From NCBI GenBank assembly GCA_964016885.1, contig OZ024743.1, positions 64,356,001-64,420,000 of the forward strand: a stretch of 64,000 bases of DNA, in the 5' to 3' direction. This DNA comes from Eledone cirrhosa. Lineage: Eukaryota. Positions 39,701 to 55,316 of this stretch are shown here, piece by piece. How positions within the stretch are numbered: position 1 is the stretch's first letter; every line of letters starts with the position of its first letter. The translations under genes and the position numbers were made by a program. Under the pieces are notes generated by a model. It saw only the letters and a program-made list of their open reading frames with translations, made no database searches and was not told where the DNA came from.

Positions 39701-40567
39701 TCTTTTTTTTTCTTTTTTTTTTTGCTTTTTGCGTTTCCCACTCTTTCCCTTTCTCTCTCTCTCTCATGCAAACATATACCTACTCTACACTGAGAACACA
39801 TTTTGATCCTCACTAACAGAGAAAGAGAGAGAGAGAGAGAGACCCTAACACACACCCACACATAGGCCCACACTCATACAGTCCCTAACACACTCATAGC
39901 ATATACAAAAAAAAACAACACATATATACATAGATACAGACACACACACACACACAAATATATACATGCAGAAAGAGGGGGGGGATAGAGAGGGATAGAG
40001 ATAGATAAATGGATAGGATAGAGAAGGATAGAGAGGCATAGAGAGGCATAAAGATAGATAAATAGATAGAGAGAAAGAAAAAAGAGAGAGACAGCGAGAG
40101 AGAGGGGGGAGAACACACACACACAGGAGAAAACACACACACAGTATACACCACACACGTCTATCCCATATGTAAGCAGATTATGTTACAGTTGTCGTCT
40201 GCTACTAACAATCCCACTGACACACTGTCGTCTGTGTCTAACAATTCAACTGACGTTTGTGTCGTCTGCTACAACAATCGGCAATAGTTTCAGGTGACAT
40301 GATCTTCACCACATACAGCTGGTGTATTGTTGTAACCACTTCACGTTGATGTAAAATAAGAAATTCAACTAGAATTCAATAAAATTTAAAATATAATATA
40401 TACTCTATCCATTTTGAATGTTTTGAAATTAATGGATTACGTAATTTAAAAAAATATTTTTATTGCTTTCGAGTTGACATACTTCCATTATTTTCTAAGG
40501 AACAAGTATTGAAGGGAAGGCTCTTAATATAATTACAGATGATGTTACCAAACACACCGAATATTAT

Positions 40568-40753
40568 AATTGTTTCCATGTTTGGGACAAGGCTATCAAT
40601 TACCCAGTACATTACTGGTACTTTATTTTATCGACCCCGTAAGGATGAAAGGCAAAGTTAACCTCGGCGGGATTTGAACTCAGACCGTAAAGGGACGTAA
40701 CTATGCTGGAAAGCATGGCGTCCGACCCTCTACCGATACTGCCAATCCTCTGC
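40568..40753 (-). mobile_element. tRNA-derived SINE
   Basis: Same family as 19023-19200. Confidence 0.88.
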
Positions 40754-40987
40754 TTAGTATCATCCATCTGTTATTGTGATGTAAAAGGTTCCTTCCCTCA
40801 ATGAGATGAGTATAATAATATCAATTGTATTGTCAGCTTCTACAGTAAAGTTTCGAAATCTTTGGTACCTAGAATTGCAAGTGAATAGTAGGAACCTGTG
40901 TATGGGTGAGGGAGGGGCTGGAGGTTTGGAAATTGATCCTTCAGGTAATGTCTGAATATTTCTACATAGCATTACGTAAAACAGATC

Positions 40988-41231
<244 letters not shown>

Positions 41232-42609
41232 ATATATATTTTATATATAGTATATATATATGTGTGTGTTTCGAACCGTTGAGCGGTAGGAAGTTTTGAA
41301 TTTGAAAGTAAAAGCATCAACGTTGTTTGACTATGAAAAATAGTTAGGCATAAGAACTCTGGAGACGGAACCAATTTGTACAGCACTACCCGTGGGGCTC
41401 AAACCAATACCTGTTATATACGGTTTCACCGTGTTAACCATTACACTAAAACGACACCGTTAATTTTCTTCCGTTATATTAAATTACAATAATCAGGCAG
41501 TACATAGGTAAACAATCTATTTATTTAACCTTTGTGTCCAGTGATGAGGGACCTCGAACTTCTGTGCCATTTTGTGCAGCCTTTTGAAAGAATAAAATAA
41601 ATCCAACAAATTTTTAATTCTTATTAATATATTTTTGTCTATCTCTGATTATTTTAATCTAAACCATAAGATGAACTTATTTGAAATACCAAAGAGTAAA
41701 AGAAAATTCAACGAAATAATCCACACTGACAGACAACCAGAATTAAAACAATAGTAGATCATAAGGACCATTGCAGCACTTTCTACATTTATGTTATAGT
41801 TCTAATGTGATTCTAGAATGTACATTAAATTCCTACTTGACTGGTGCTACTATCGGCCAAGGATGGTTGGTGAGAACCCACGGGATTTAGTATGCCAGTG
41901 GTTATCAAAATTTGACAATTATGTATGTGGATTTCCATTTGAAGTAGAATTTTTTAAAAGTTACACAACTTGACCATATATTCGTATTCGTTTTATTTTT
42001 TGTCTGTTGTAACGCAGGAGCAACCTAAAAAAAGGTGAATTTATAATTTTTTATATAATTATGGTTTCTTGAGTGCAGCCTTATTATATTACAAATAACT
42101 TAATGTGGTCTTTCAACATGAAAATGTTCCCTACCTTTGGTTTAGTCAAACAATGTTGATGCTTCTAACTTTCAAATTCAAAACTTCCTATCGTTGCCAT
42201 CAATCTTTCTAGAAAATTAAACTAAAAATAACACGAATAAAATACATTAAATTACTCCAAAGGCCCTCTTTGTCACTAAATAAAATCATAATATTGAAAT
42301 ATTCGTTTTTCTTAGAAAAATATCAGCAGCCTGTGTGAAGAAGTAGCCCCGCGAGGTGGAGTGGTTGTTGCAGCGGGTGTCGCTGGTCATTGTCTGTAGA
42401 AATGCCTTCGCAGTTTTGACCACGGAGTTTAACCGAAACACCGCCCCGACCTAGGTGCGGAGTGTGTCACCCTCCCTTTCTGCTGTTGCCGTATGTCAAT
42501 ATGCTGCACCAGAAGTTACGGGACCATATACTAATATTTCCCTCATTCTATAACTTCTGTTTATAAAATATCCTAAAGCATGAAGTCTCTCTCAAGCCAG
42601 GAGACTCGT

Positions 42610-42865
42610 TAGACCGGTATTTATCCCGGTTTCGAGAATTGAAGCGACTGACAGTTCAAAGCTCTCTCCTGGACAGAACGCCAGTCCATCGCCGAGTTAA
42701 ACCTCCAGCTATTACTGGTACTCATTTTCAATTGAGTATACTAGACAAACGACGTGAAATGAAGTGTTTTGTTCAAGAACACAACGTGCAACCCAGTCCA
42801 GGGATCGAACCCACGACATTATGATCGTAAGTCCAACGTCCTTGCCACTAAGTCATGCGCCTCAA
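42610..42865 (-). mobile_element. Second tRNA-derived SINE family (also ~52265-52410)
   Basis: Minus strand A box TGACTTAGTGG, B box GGTTCGATCCC, body GTGTTCTTGAACAAAACACTTCATTTCAC. Confidence 0.7.
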
Positions 42866-43260
42866 TTGTAAAATGTAGTCAACATTAAATAAAAAGATTC
42901 TTCCCTTAAAACAAAAAAGACGTAACTGTAAATATATTTCACAATTGTTATTTTAATATCTCTTGACAGTAAACAGACAAACCTGAGACTGGTGTGAATG
43001 ATGGGCAAAACTAAAACAGATCAGAAATTCGAGCAAAACCAACAAAATTTATCATCCTTAATCTTATACATTCATATGAAGGTACGTGATCATGTCAAGC
43101 AACATTAAGTCCAAACAATTAATTAATATATTATAGAAACAATTAATTAATATATTATAAAAAGCTTTACTTAACCTGTTAATTATAATCATTTAAACAC
43201 CAAAACAGGCCACAAAATATATTTTAAATTGAATGAAATCCTTAATCTTACAAATCCATA

Positions 43261-43480
43261 GGGCGGTGGATTGGCAGTATCGGTAGAGCGTCGGATACCA
43301 TGCTTCGCGACATAGAGTTACGGCCCTTTGCGTTTTGAGCTCAAATCCCGCCGAGGTTAGATTTGTTTTTCATCCTTACGGAGTGGATAAAATAAAGTAC
43401 CAGTCACGCCTTGGGTTCGATTTCATCGACTTTCCCCTCCCCCAAAATTGCTGGCCTTGTGCCTAAATCAGAAACCATTA
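43261..43480 (+). mobile_element. tRNA-derived SINE (long-tail variant)
   Basis: Family head plus extra TTCGATTTCATCGACT..CCCCAAAATTGCTGGCC segment. Confidence 0.85.
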
Positions 43481-43601
43481 ATTAAGTTATAAAAATCATT
43501 AATTTACTTTGTTAATTATAACGATTTAAACGCAAAAGAGGCCACAGAATATATTGTTTCAAATTGTATGAAATCCTTAATCTTACAAATCCATATGAAA
43601 A

Positions 43602-43940
43602 TACTCTCGAGTCCCAAATAATAGTGGAGGAGGGGGGGTAAGCGGTGGGGTTGGACATTTGCATAAATTCTTATTCGGTAATTATATAGTGTACGTTCAT
43701 AAATATGGGATTTCTTGTAATGTTCTTTTTTGTCATATATAATGTTTTTTAATGTAAAATTTTTTAATGTAAAATATAATTATTATTAGATTCTTCATCT
43801 GCTGTATCAATATGAATCACTTACAATACAATTTCACCCGAGATAGATTAGAAAACTTTAATAAACGGGTGGGTTGGAAAACATCTGAAAAATTAATAAG
43901 CGGAAAGGGGGGGGGGGGCATTATTGAAGACTTAAGAGTA
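43602..43940. mobile_element. MITE with TACTCT..AATAAT termini (relatives 51250-51775, fragment 34180-34510)
   Basis: TACTCTCGAGTCCCAAATAAT / ATTATTGAAGACTTAAGAGTA. Confidence 0.65.
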
Positions 43941-43995
43941 CGTGATCTCGCTAAGCAACATTAATTAAGATACTGCCAAACCCTTAATTAATTAA

Positions 43996-44365
43996 GGGTT
44001 TGGCAGTATCGGTAGAGCGTCAGACACCATGCTTTGCAGCATAGTTATGGCCCTTTGCGTTCTAAGTTCAAATCCGCCGAGGTTAACTTTGCCTTTCATC
44101 CTTACGAGGTCGATAAAATAAAGTACCAGTGATGCACTGGGGTAATCGTTGACCTTGTGCCAAAAGTAGAATTTCTGGCGGTGGATTGGCAGTATCGGTA
44201 GAGGGTCGGACGCCATGCTTTGCAGCAAAGAGTTACGGCCCTTTATGGTCTAAGTTCAAATCCCGCCGAGGTTAATATTGCCTTTCATCCTTACGGGGTC
44301 GATAAAATAAAGCACCAGTAATACACTGGGATAATTGCTGGCCTTGTGCCAAAAGTAGAAACAAT
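43996..44365 (+). mobile_element. Head-to-tail SINE dimer
   Basis: Copies 43996-44171 and 44177-44365. Confidence 0.88.
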
Positions 44366-44610
44366 TAATTAAGATATTATAAAAAAGCATTAATTAATCA
44401 GTTAATTAAAACAATTTAAACACCAAAGTGGCCACAAAATATATTGTCTTAAATTAAATGAAATATCTTATCTTGTGTCTTAATGAAACTGTTGGTTCTG
44501 CATTGGAAATATCATAGATGTTAGACTAAACTGCTGATACAGCAATTATTAATTGATTTGCAAAGATTTTATCCATAAAACTAGACACGTAAATGGTTCC
44601 TGGTTAAATA

Positions 44611-44795
44611 TAATTGTTTCTACTTTGGGCACAAGGCCAGCAATTACCCAGTACATTATTGGTACTTTATATTTTCAACTCCGTAAGGATGAAAGGCAAA
44701 CCTCGACGGGATTTGAACTCAGAACGTAAAGGGACGTATCTGTGCTAGAAAGCATGGCGTTCAACCCTCTACCGATACTGCCAATTCACTGTCCT
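44611..44795 (-). mobile_element. tRNA-derived SINE
   Basis: Same family, reverse strand. Confidence 0.85.
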
Positions 44796-44906
44796 TAGTT
44801 AATATAATGTTGAGAAAAACTGTTCACATCATTAACTGAGGAAATTTTCAATGCGAGGTTCGAGATTTCTCAAATGCAGATCACCATCATCATCATCACC
44901 ATCATT

Positions 44907-44937
<31 letters not shown>

Positions 44938-44939
44938 CC

Positions 44940-45235
44940 TTCTTCTTCTTCTTCTTCTTCTTCTTCTTCTTCTTCTTCTTCTTCTTCTTCTTCTTCTTCT
45001 TCTTCTTCTTCTTCTTCTTCTTCTTCTTCTTCTTCTTCTTCTTCTTCTTCCTGAGAGGGTCGTGGAGATAGAGTCCTCAAACACTCACTCCAGCGGGTCC
45101 TGTCAGAAGCAACCATCTCCAACTGATCCGGCTAGATTCCCAAACGAAACCAGTTAAGCTTAAGGATGTTATCCAACCATCTTGCTCGGGGTCTACCCCT
45201 GGGTCTCCTGCCAGTTTCTTTTGCCCGTACAGGAC
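44940..45235 (-). mobile_element. RTE-clade LINE 3' fragment with (GAA)n tail
   Basis: Minus strand GRRPRGRPRARWLDNI..MVASDRTRW, then (GAA)n. Confidence 0.75.
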
Positions 45236-45421
45236 AAATATATTTTAACAAATTTAATTGTATTTCTAATATGCATCGGACGCAGCGGTCTAAGTAATTT
45301 ATATAAGATAGATTGTTTAAATATCTTAATGATTCAAAATAATAAACATCTGAGCCATTATTTGATTTATTTCACGATTTATATTTAAAAAGATGAATTA
45401 TTTAGAACGCACACACACGCA

Positions 45422-45536
<115 letters not shown>

Positions 45537-45589
45537 CTGCCTGTATGTCTCTCTCTATATATAGAGAGAGATATGCAGGCAGCTAAATG

Positions 45590-45658
<69 letters not shown>

Positions 45659-45666
45659 ATGGATAG

Positions 45667-45707
<41 letters not shown>

Positions 45708-46652
45708 TACATACAAACATATCTATTTATCTATCTATATATATTTTTTATTTCATTCATCTATCCATCCATACATACACACACATAACCCATACATACA
45801 TCATACATATATACATACATACATACGTACGTACGTACGTACGTATTTACATTAATATTTACACACATATATATATATGTGCGTATATATGTGAGTGTAT
45901 GTGATTGTGAGTACGTGTGATTGTTTATGGGTGTGCGTGTGAGTAATTTGATTTAATTTTCCTTACATATGTGAATACACGAGTTCATGCGAGTGTGCAC
46001 ATATGAACATATTTACGTATTTATACATTTCTATATGTATATGTACACGTTGTTAGTCAACGCATATGTGAGCGCTTATGTGTTATGAGCGGTCGTCTGT
46101 CAGAATTGCGCGTGCGTTTCTGTAGGAGTCGTTGCGATTGTTGATCTGTGTCGCATTTGACAAATCTAAGTTGACTAACGATTGCATTAAACTGTGTCCA
46201 ATTGCCAACATCAGTCAGGACATATTGATTACATGATTAGGCGGAGATATTTAAACAGAGCAGTCAGTTGGTCCCTCAACGAAATTCAAGATGGAAGACC
46301 GTTTGTCGGAACGTCTGTCACGCACAACCTCGAACAACACTGCTCACATATTTCTGTATGTCACTCGACAATAAATATAACAAAAGAATATATATATATG
46401 TATATATATATACACACATATATATATATATGTATATATACATATACATATACATATATATATATATATATATATACAAATACATATATACATATATATA
46501 TACATATACATACATGTATATATTTATTATATATATATACGCACACTCACACGCCTATATATATAAACGTACACACACACCAATATATATATATATATTA
46601 GGGAAACAAATATATTTTTCTTCCTAATAATCGTCTTTTTCTCCCTGTTTTC

Positions 46653-46720
<68 letters not shown>

Positions 46721-47603
46721 ATGTATAATGTTTTTTTATTAAAATAATCACATAAAAAATGAAATAAAACAGAGAACTGGTACCAACTGTGAAACAGTGG
46801 TAATCGTGTGACTTACTGATGGCGACGTTTTAACACTCGGGGCATTATGATGATACAAAGGAGAAAGGAAACATGATATTTTCTTATCAAATTTCATACA
46901 GCATTTGTTTGTGGCGAATATTTTTAACTTGGTCGAAAGTCATCCATCTTGAAATATATTTTTAAAAAAAGAACAACTCTAACAAAATAAAAATAAAAAT
47001 AAAAATACAAAAATATAGAAATATAAAAATAAAAAACAACAGTCGCCAAATGGGCTAGTAATGTTGCTATGACAATCCAACGGAGTTTGTGTGTCATTTT
47101 ACACAACATAATGTAGTATTTGACAATATTGAGCTCATTATAATAACTAGTGTTGTTTGCTGGTTATTTAAGGAGAAGAAGAAATAATTCCTGGCAGAAA
47201 GACAATAGCTTTAACAAAATACACTGCAATGAAATGTTGGAAGATGTTAACCTTTGGCACTATGTCGAGATTAAGCAGTAAGGATGTGTCAATGAGTTTC
47301 AGTCATTGGTACAGTCAAAGTGATAAATCTCTCACTTTAAATGTCCAGTTGGTTTGTTTTAAACACTGATCAACGTTCACTAGTCGTTTTGTCGACTTTG
47401 CAGTGTGAAATATTAACACAATCCATGTCTCAATGACACCATCTTCTCATGTTTGCCATAACAAGTCTTTATCTCATGTCTGTTTGTCTTCAGACAACAA
47501 TTAAAGAAAAAACAATGTAATTGCTGTAATTTCTTCCAATGAACAAAAAAGTCTGTTGTCTCTCAATCCCGTTCATTTTTCTCTTCCCTTTTCTACCTTT
47601 CTT

Positions 47604-47695
<92 letters not shown>

Positions 47696-48967
47696 CCTCT
47701 CTCTCTCTCTTTCTCTCTCTTTCTCCCTTTCAACAGACTGCTGTAGTTCTTAAATAAGCTGAAATATCCGATACGATAGATCGTCAGCTTCAACGATTTG
47801 GTCACATGCTACGATATATTAATGGACAATGTCTTTAAAATAATAATAATGAAAATAATTGTGTACAGTGCTCAGGTGCACTACAACTCATCAAAGGTGC
47901 ATGTATAGTGCATGTTATAATGTACAGGAAAGTTAACAGTGTATGAGTCATGATATACACACAGACACACACACACATACGTGCGTGTGTATGGAGGAAG
48001 GATATCAGGTGTAGTGTTGGCGAATTTCGGGAAGCATGGAAGTTTTGAAGGATGCAGTGTCCCAGCTATACTTTTTCTTAATGTAGCCTTTAGACAAACT
48101 CCGTTTTTCTTTTATTATTATTAGATCCCAACATAGCGCAAGCATGTCTGCGGGATTAAGAAGTTCGCTTCACAACCAACTGATTCCGGTTTCGAAATCA
48201 CAGCTCAACACCATCTGTAGGTTGATAGGGAGCTCGCTTATTCTACTGGCTGTTCAGCTGACGATCGCAAGGTCGTGAGTTCAATTCATGACGCTTTATT
48301 TCACGTTGATCCTGTCAACTCAGCTAGCAACAATCAATTGTACCTCTAATTCAAAGAGTCAGCCTTGTCACACATTGATTGAATCATGCGGAATCTCCCT
48401 GAGAACTACGTAATGGTTGCACGTGTCTATGAAATGCTCAGCAGGTACTTCCGTTTGCTGAATCAACTGGAACTCCATCGTTTTCGACGACGGAGGTCCA
48501 ACAACAACAACAACATCATCATCATCATCAAAATCCTCAAATCATGACACATTGAAAAATGAAATCCCAGATCTTCAAGAATTAAATCTGTCAAAAATAA
48601 TAAATATTTAATTCGGAGTTACACTTACATCTACCACTCAACTAGTCACTATTTAATGTAATTCTGATTTGATGTATTTGGTGTTCAGGTAGAAACAATA
48701 CCTTGATGTCCAGCAATGATATCCTCGGGGATGGACAAGTACATTGGGTCTCACCTGACACTCACCCCAACAACTGGTTACACCTGTTGTGAGAACATGA
48801 TGATGATTTGATGTATAGCCTGACATAATGTAAATCAATGGAAATGACCCCAGTACATGACTGGTATTTATTCTATCAACCCCAAAAGGGGGTGAAACGT
48901 AAAGCTGACCTTAGTAGAAACTGAACTAAACGGTATGAAGCTACATACTAAAATAATTGATACAGTA

Positions 48968-49393
48968 TTGGTTTCTGATTTTGGCACAAGGCCAGCAAAT
49001 TTGTGAGAGGGGAAATTCAAATTAAATTGACCCCAGTGCGTGACTGGTACTTTATTTTATCGACCATGTAATGATGAAAGGCAAAGCTAAGCTCGACAGG
49101 ATTTGAAATCAGAACGTAAATGGACGTAACTCTATGCTGCAAAGCATGTTGTTCAACGCTCTACCGATTCTGCCAATCCAACACCCTTTCGTATCTAAAA
49201 TTAATTGTTTCTACTTTTGGCACAAGGCCAGCAATTACCCAGTGCATTACTGGTACTTTATTTTATCGACCCTGTAAGGATGAAAAGCAAAGGTAATCTC
49301 AGCAGAATTTGAAATCAAAACGTAAATGGATGTAACTCTATGCTGCAAAGCATGGCGTCCGACCCTCTACCGATTCTGCCAATCCACCGCCCT
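48968..49393 (-). mobile_element. Two tandem SINEs
   Basis: 48968-49187 and 49202-49393. Confidence 0.85.
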
Positions 49394-49659
49394 TTAAAAT
49401 TAATGAACACGGATCTTTGTCTCTTTGTAATTGATTAACGGAATCTCAGTTTGTAAAACATTTTATTAATAATTAACTAGAATTGGTAGAGCGCCTGATT
49501 TAAAGGGAACCCCTTAACTACTTATAACTAAGGATTTCGTTTTGCTCTCATTTCCAGCTATTTCTAGCATGTCCGATGACCAGGATGGGGCTCCTCCTCC
49601 TCCCTCTTCGTCTCCGGTGGCCCTTCTCTTTCCAAGATATATAGTCAACATATCTTGAC

Positions 49660-49733
<74 letters not shown>

Positions 49734-49873
49734 TGGTGGTGGTGGTGGTGGTGGTGGTGTTGGTGGTGGTGGTGGTGGTGGTGGTGGTGGTGGTGGTAGT
49801 AGTAGTAGTAGTGTTGGTGGGGGTGATGGTGGCGGTGGTGGTGGTGGTAGTGGTGGTGGTGGAGGTGGTGGTG

Positions 49874-49938
<65 letters not shown>

Positions 49939-50006
49939 GGTGGTGGCGGTGGTGGTGGCGGTGGTGATGGTGGCGGTGGTGGTGGCGGTGGTGGCGGTGG
50001 TGGTGT

Positions 50007-50066
<60 letters not shown>

Positions 50067-50203
50067 TGGTGGTGGTGGTGGTGGTGGTGGTGTTGGTGGT
50101 GGTGGTGGTGGTGGTGGTGGTGGTGGTAGTAGTAGTAGTAGTGTTGGTGGGGGTGATGGTGGCGGTGGTGGTGGTGGTGGTGGTGGTGGTGGAGGTGGTG
50201 GTG

Positions 50204-50259
<56 letters not shown>

Positions 50260-50327
50260 GGTGGTGGCGGTGGTGGTGGCGGTGGTGATGGTGGCGGTGG
50301 TGGTGGCGGTGGTGGCGGTGGTGGTGT

Positions 50328-50384
<57 letters not shown>

Positions 50385-50432
50385 CAGCAGCAGCAGTAGT
50401 ATGTAGTAGTAGTAGCAGTAGTAGCAGTAGCA
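49660..50432. repeat. (TAG)n/(TGG)n compound repeat with an internal ~330-bp duplication
   Basis: GTGTTGGTGGGGGTGATGGTGGCGG at 49811 and 50141. Confidence 0.9.
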
Positions 50433-51249
50433 GTAGGCTAGAGCCGCCGTTGATCCTGTTGTAAGAGATATAGAAGAGGTGAGACCTGGTGAAGGAGAAG
50501 ATTGTCTGATAACAACCGTGTCTCAACCGTGTCTCAACAGTTACAACCAATTACTGGAAGGTGATCTATTCTGTAGAGAGGAGGAGGTCCTATATAGAGA
50601 ACAGAGAGAGGGGAGATAGAGCGTGGGTGTTAGAGAGAGGGGGAGAAAGGGCGTGTGTAGAGAGAGAGAGAGAGGGAAAGAGGGGAGAGAGAGGGGAGGG
50701 GTAGAGCGTGGGTGTTAGAGAGAGAGGGGGAGAGAGGGGGAGGTAGAGCGTGTGTGTTAGAGAGAGAGGGGGAGAGAGAGGGGGGATAGAGCGTGTGTGT
50801 TAGAGAGAGAGAGAGGAAGAGAGGGAGAGAGAGGGGGAGGTAGAGTGTGTGTGTGTTAGAGAGACAGAGAGACAAAGAAAAGGTGTGAGAGAGAGAGAGT
50901 GAGAGAAAGAAATAGTGAAAGAGGGAGAGAGAAAAAGGAGCGTGAGAGAGACAGAGAGAGAAAAGAGAGCGTGAGTGAGACAGAGAGAGAAAAGAGAGCA
51001 TGAGAGAGACAAACAGACAAAGAAAGAGAGAGAGTGAGAGAAAGAAAGAGAGAAAGTGCAGAAGCAACTCCACGAAAAGTAATGTAAAATAAAGTCCACT
51101 GAATCTCCCTGAGAAATACATAAGAGTGGAATCCTCATCCACTTACAGCTTAATTTCACGAGTAGATAGTTCTGTTGATTGAATCAACTGGAATATTCCT
51201 CTTAGGAAACGACGGAGGCCCAACAATCATAACCACATATATAGATAGA

Positions 51250-51775
51250 TACTCTCCGGTCTCGAATAATCGCCCCATCCCACTTATTAAATTTTACTAA
51301 TCTATCTCCGGTGAAATTTTATTTTTAAGTGGTAGCATTCCTACGACAATTAATTATCTTTATACATTAAAAAACATTTTACATGACAAAAAAATTACAT
51401 TACTAGAAATCCCATACGTTATAAAATAGATAGGATGGGTTGGGGTCTCAATATGTAAACTAAATGGGGGATTGGCAGTATCGGTAGAGGGTCGGGCGCC
51501 ATGCTTTGAAGCAAAGAGTTACGGCCCTCTATGGTCTGAGTTCAAATCCCGCCGAGGTTAACTTTGCCTTTCATTCTTACGGGGTCGATAAAATAAAGTA
51601 CCAGTAATACACTAGGATAATTGCTGGCTTTGTGCCAAAAGTAGAAACAAATATGTAAACTAAATGGCTAATTCTGGGGGTTTTTTAAATCAAAAGCGAC
51701 GACCTCGAAAGATTACCGATTTTCCAAGCCCCCACTCGCTTATCGCCCCTCCTTATTATTTGGGACCCAGAGTAT
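51250..51775. mobile_element. MITE interrupted by a SINE (51468-51649) with an 18-bp target-site duplication
   Basis: TIRs TACTCTCCGGTCTCGAATAAT / ATTATTTGGGACCCAGAGTA; TSD AATATGTAAACTAAATGG at 51450 and 51650. Confidence 0.85.
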
Positions 51776-51989
51776 AAGTTTTCTATTTTGTTTCCCAAAC
51801 GGGAGAAAAATATCGTAGAGAATAAAAGGGTAAAGATTCTCCTTCGGAGACAAATGACCCTAGGATTTGCACCTAAAAGGTTCCCCCTCCGAGACCCAAT
51901 ACTGGGAAAGGTGTCTTTGTAGAAGACCAACAGTCACCCATGCATACCAGTCTCCCCTCTCAACACCACCGATGTTGTCCCCCCAAAAA

Positions 51990-52255
51990 AGGCAATGGCA
52001 GATACAGCTTGGCATCAGTGACGTCACAACATATATATACATTATATACATACTACATATAAACACTTTATACACAATATATACACTACATTATATATGT
52101 TGTCCAATGGAAAGGCAATGGCCGTACACCTTGGCATCAGTGACATCACAATATATATAGTATATACATACTATATATAAACACTTTATACATCATATAT
52201 ACACTACACTATATATGTTATCCAATGGAAAGGCAATGGCCGATACAGCTTGGTA
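51990..52255. repeat. ~122-bp tandem repeat, ~2.2 copies
   Basis: AAGGCAATGGC..TACA.CTTGG three times. Confidence 0.8.
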
Positions 52256-52828
52256 CAAGTGACCTCGCAACTCACTTCTACAGCTGGGTGAACTGGTGCA
52301 ACATGAAATAAAGTGTATTGCTGAAGGAGACAACGCATCGCCCGGTCCGGGAATCGAACTAACAACCTCACATTGTGAATTCAATGCTATAACCACTAAG
52401 CCACTCGCCTTCATAAAAAGAATAATAATCTATTTATTGGCATCTAGCGCTTCATTTCGTCACTTCTCAGTTTCCTGGTCTTCATGTTCGTTCGGTTGAA
52501 TTTCTTTTTTTTTCTTTGTAAAAAATAGCCATAAGTATATATGTGTGTACGTCTATGTGTGTGTAAGGCGTTTGATTTTAGTATTTATCTGTGTACGTGC
52601 GTGTGTCTATATGTAATGTCGGTGTGCCCTAGAGAAGCACCAACCAAACTCCACCATTTTATCTTGGTTCAACCACTGAATAACCCAGCACCAATCCAAA
52701 GGATTCTTGTCTTCTTATCTACTATAATATACAGAAATAATATAAACAGACCTACGTACCGGCGTATCTCTGCATACACAGATACATTAATACATAGATG
52801 AATACGTAGATGGATAGAAATATATACA

Positions 52829-52909
<81 letters not shown>

Positions 52910-52952
52910 ATATATATATGTATATATATATATGTATATATATATGTATATA

Positions 52953-52990
<38 letters not shown>

Positions 52991-53048
52991 CTTATATATA
53001 TATATATATACTTATATATATATATAAATATAAATAAATAAATAAATA

Positions 53049-53086
<38 letters not shown>

Positions 53087-53243
53087 ACGAAGGAAATGTG
53101 GTAAGGAACCAGATGGACCATAACGCACCAAAGTACTCAATACTTAGGGTAGTAGAGTGGGTAATATATATATCCAGATTCTGGACTAGTCCAGAATTAA
53201 CCGTCGAAACGGCTTGAGCTCAGCCGTCGGGGTCCTACTTGTT

Positions 53244-53304
<61 letters not shown>

Positions 53305-53340
53305 TGTTAGCTTCTCGCTACAACAATTTCTATACTTTTC

Positions 53341-53375
<35 letters not shown>

Positions 53376-53768
53376 CATAACCGGAGAAAGCTAATAGCGA
53401 TACTCCGGCCAAATTCCAACTCACTCAACAAACATTAGGAAATACCTGAGTATATTCCTAATTAAACGTTCGGGGTCTAACTATATTGTATTGTGTGGAG
53501 AATTGGCTGTATCATTTCATATGAGATATATCAAATATATCACCTTCCAGACGACTCGTTTCATTATAAGATTTCTACAGGTTGGGTGAATTATACCAAA
53601 TTATGTAGAAGCTTGTATAAGATCAACAGATACTTATTCAAGTTGGCTCTTATAATTATTCAGTGGGTGCCCAATAATATTAATATTGATAACCAAATCA
53701 ACATCAATATTTAGCGATAATCACCATCAGTGCTTGAGGGAGCTGGTAGGTTGTTAGATGCACGCACA

Positions 53769-53805
<37 letters not shown>

Positions 53806-54036
53806 GTAAGTATGCATGTATACGTACATACATATATGTATACAGACGTACAGTAGAATGCACATATATATATATATATATATATACATATATACACACA
53901 TATGCATACAGGTACACATACATATATGCACTGTACGTCTGTATACATATATGTATGTACGTATACATGCATACTTACATTTAAGTAAGTGCCATACTAA
54001 GAGTGAGAAATGAAATTTCGTTTTCATTTTGTTTCA

Positions 54037-54082
<46 letters not shown>

Positions 54083-55316
54083 GATAAAAAGGACGATTGA
54101 TTATTCCTTCATTGCATTTATTGATAGGTGACGCGCGTTTCGCCACTGATCAGCTCAAGGTTCGATCTATATCGATCCTACCCGACTCAATAATCGGCAG
54201 CTCGACGGACCCTCTTAAAATGCTATAAGAAAATGAAATACATGCTATGTGGTAAAGACAGAGTTTCAAGAGTTTGACAAAATGAGTTGTTTTGATTGGT
54301 GGGAAGGGTCAAGGCGATGTACTGGCCTGTAGTGTGTGTGGGGGTGGGTGTATATATATATATATATAAGCAATATATATATATTAATATCATTGATATA
54401 TATATATATATATGCATATACATATATGTGTGTGCATGTATTTGTGTATATATGTATGTATATACATATTGTACACGCATCTATGTGTATATGGGTGTAT
54501 GTGTGTATGTATGAGTGTGTGTGTGTGTGTGTGTATGTGTGTATGTGTGTATGTGTGTATGTATGGATGGATGTATGTGTATGTGTTTGTATATAACTTT
54601 TTATGTATGTGATGTCGTTTCCGAGCATTAATAGCAACATGTAATTCAATACAACCAATTGCATGGTCGGTGTGTGTGTATATATATATATGTGTGTGTG
54701 TATGTATGTGGGGGGTATGTGTGTGCGTATGTGTGTGTGTATGTGTGTGGGGGTATGTGTGTGTGTATGTGTGTGGGTATGTGTGTGTGTATATGTGTGT
54801 GTCTTCTGCGTGTATGTTTGTGTGTGTATGTGTGTGTGTGTGTATGTTTGTGTGTGTGTGTGCGTGTACGTTTGTGTGTGTGTGTGTGTGTATGTGTGGG
54901 GGGGCGGTATGTGTGTGTGTGTACGTGTGTGTCTGTGCGTGTATGTTTGTGTGTGTGTGTGTGTATGGTTGTGTGTGCGTGTACGTTCGTGTGTGTGTGT
55001 GTGTGTATATGAGTGTGTGTGTGTGTGTATATGTGTGTGTGTAAGCGGGGGGAGCATAATGATATTATAACGTCTTCAGAATTCTTGACGACGTATCTCA
55101 AGTGTGTCACCTGTCTCACAGTCCTACAGTGTCTTCCACTCATGTGTCCGTCTATAGGGCTATTTTAGTATTTTACATGAATTTCTAAACTATTATTTAC
55201 AGCGATCAGCTGTGGTTACAGTTATTTTCTACGTTTGGAATGTCTACACTTTCTGGCCTCAGCCGGATGGCTGAAACAGGTAAAAGAGTAAAAGAGATAT
55301 ATTCCCACACACTTTT

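Noticed and set aside
42320-42525. GC-rich island as a coding exon
   Set aside because: No recognisable peptide and no convincing splice-site pair.
46240-46275. TATA + Inr promoter (TATTTAAA..TCAGTT)
   Set aside because: Spacing is too short and there is no downstream gene evidence.
49645-50550. Poly-Thr and poly-Val ORFs; possible flanking exons
   Set aside because: Repeat-derived; the flanking unique segments hit stops in the frames tried and show no recognisable domain.
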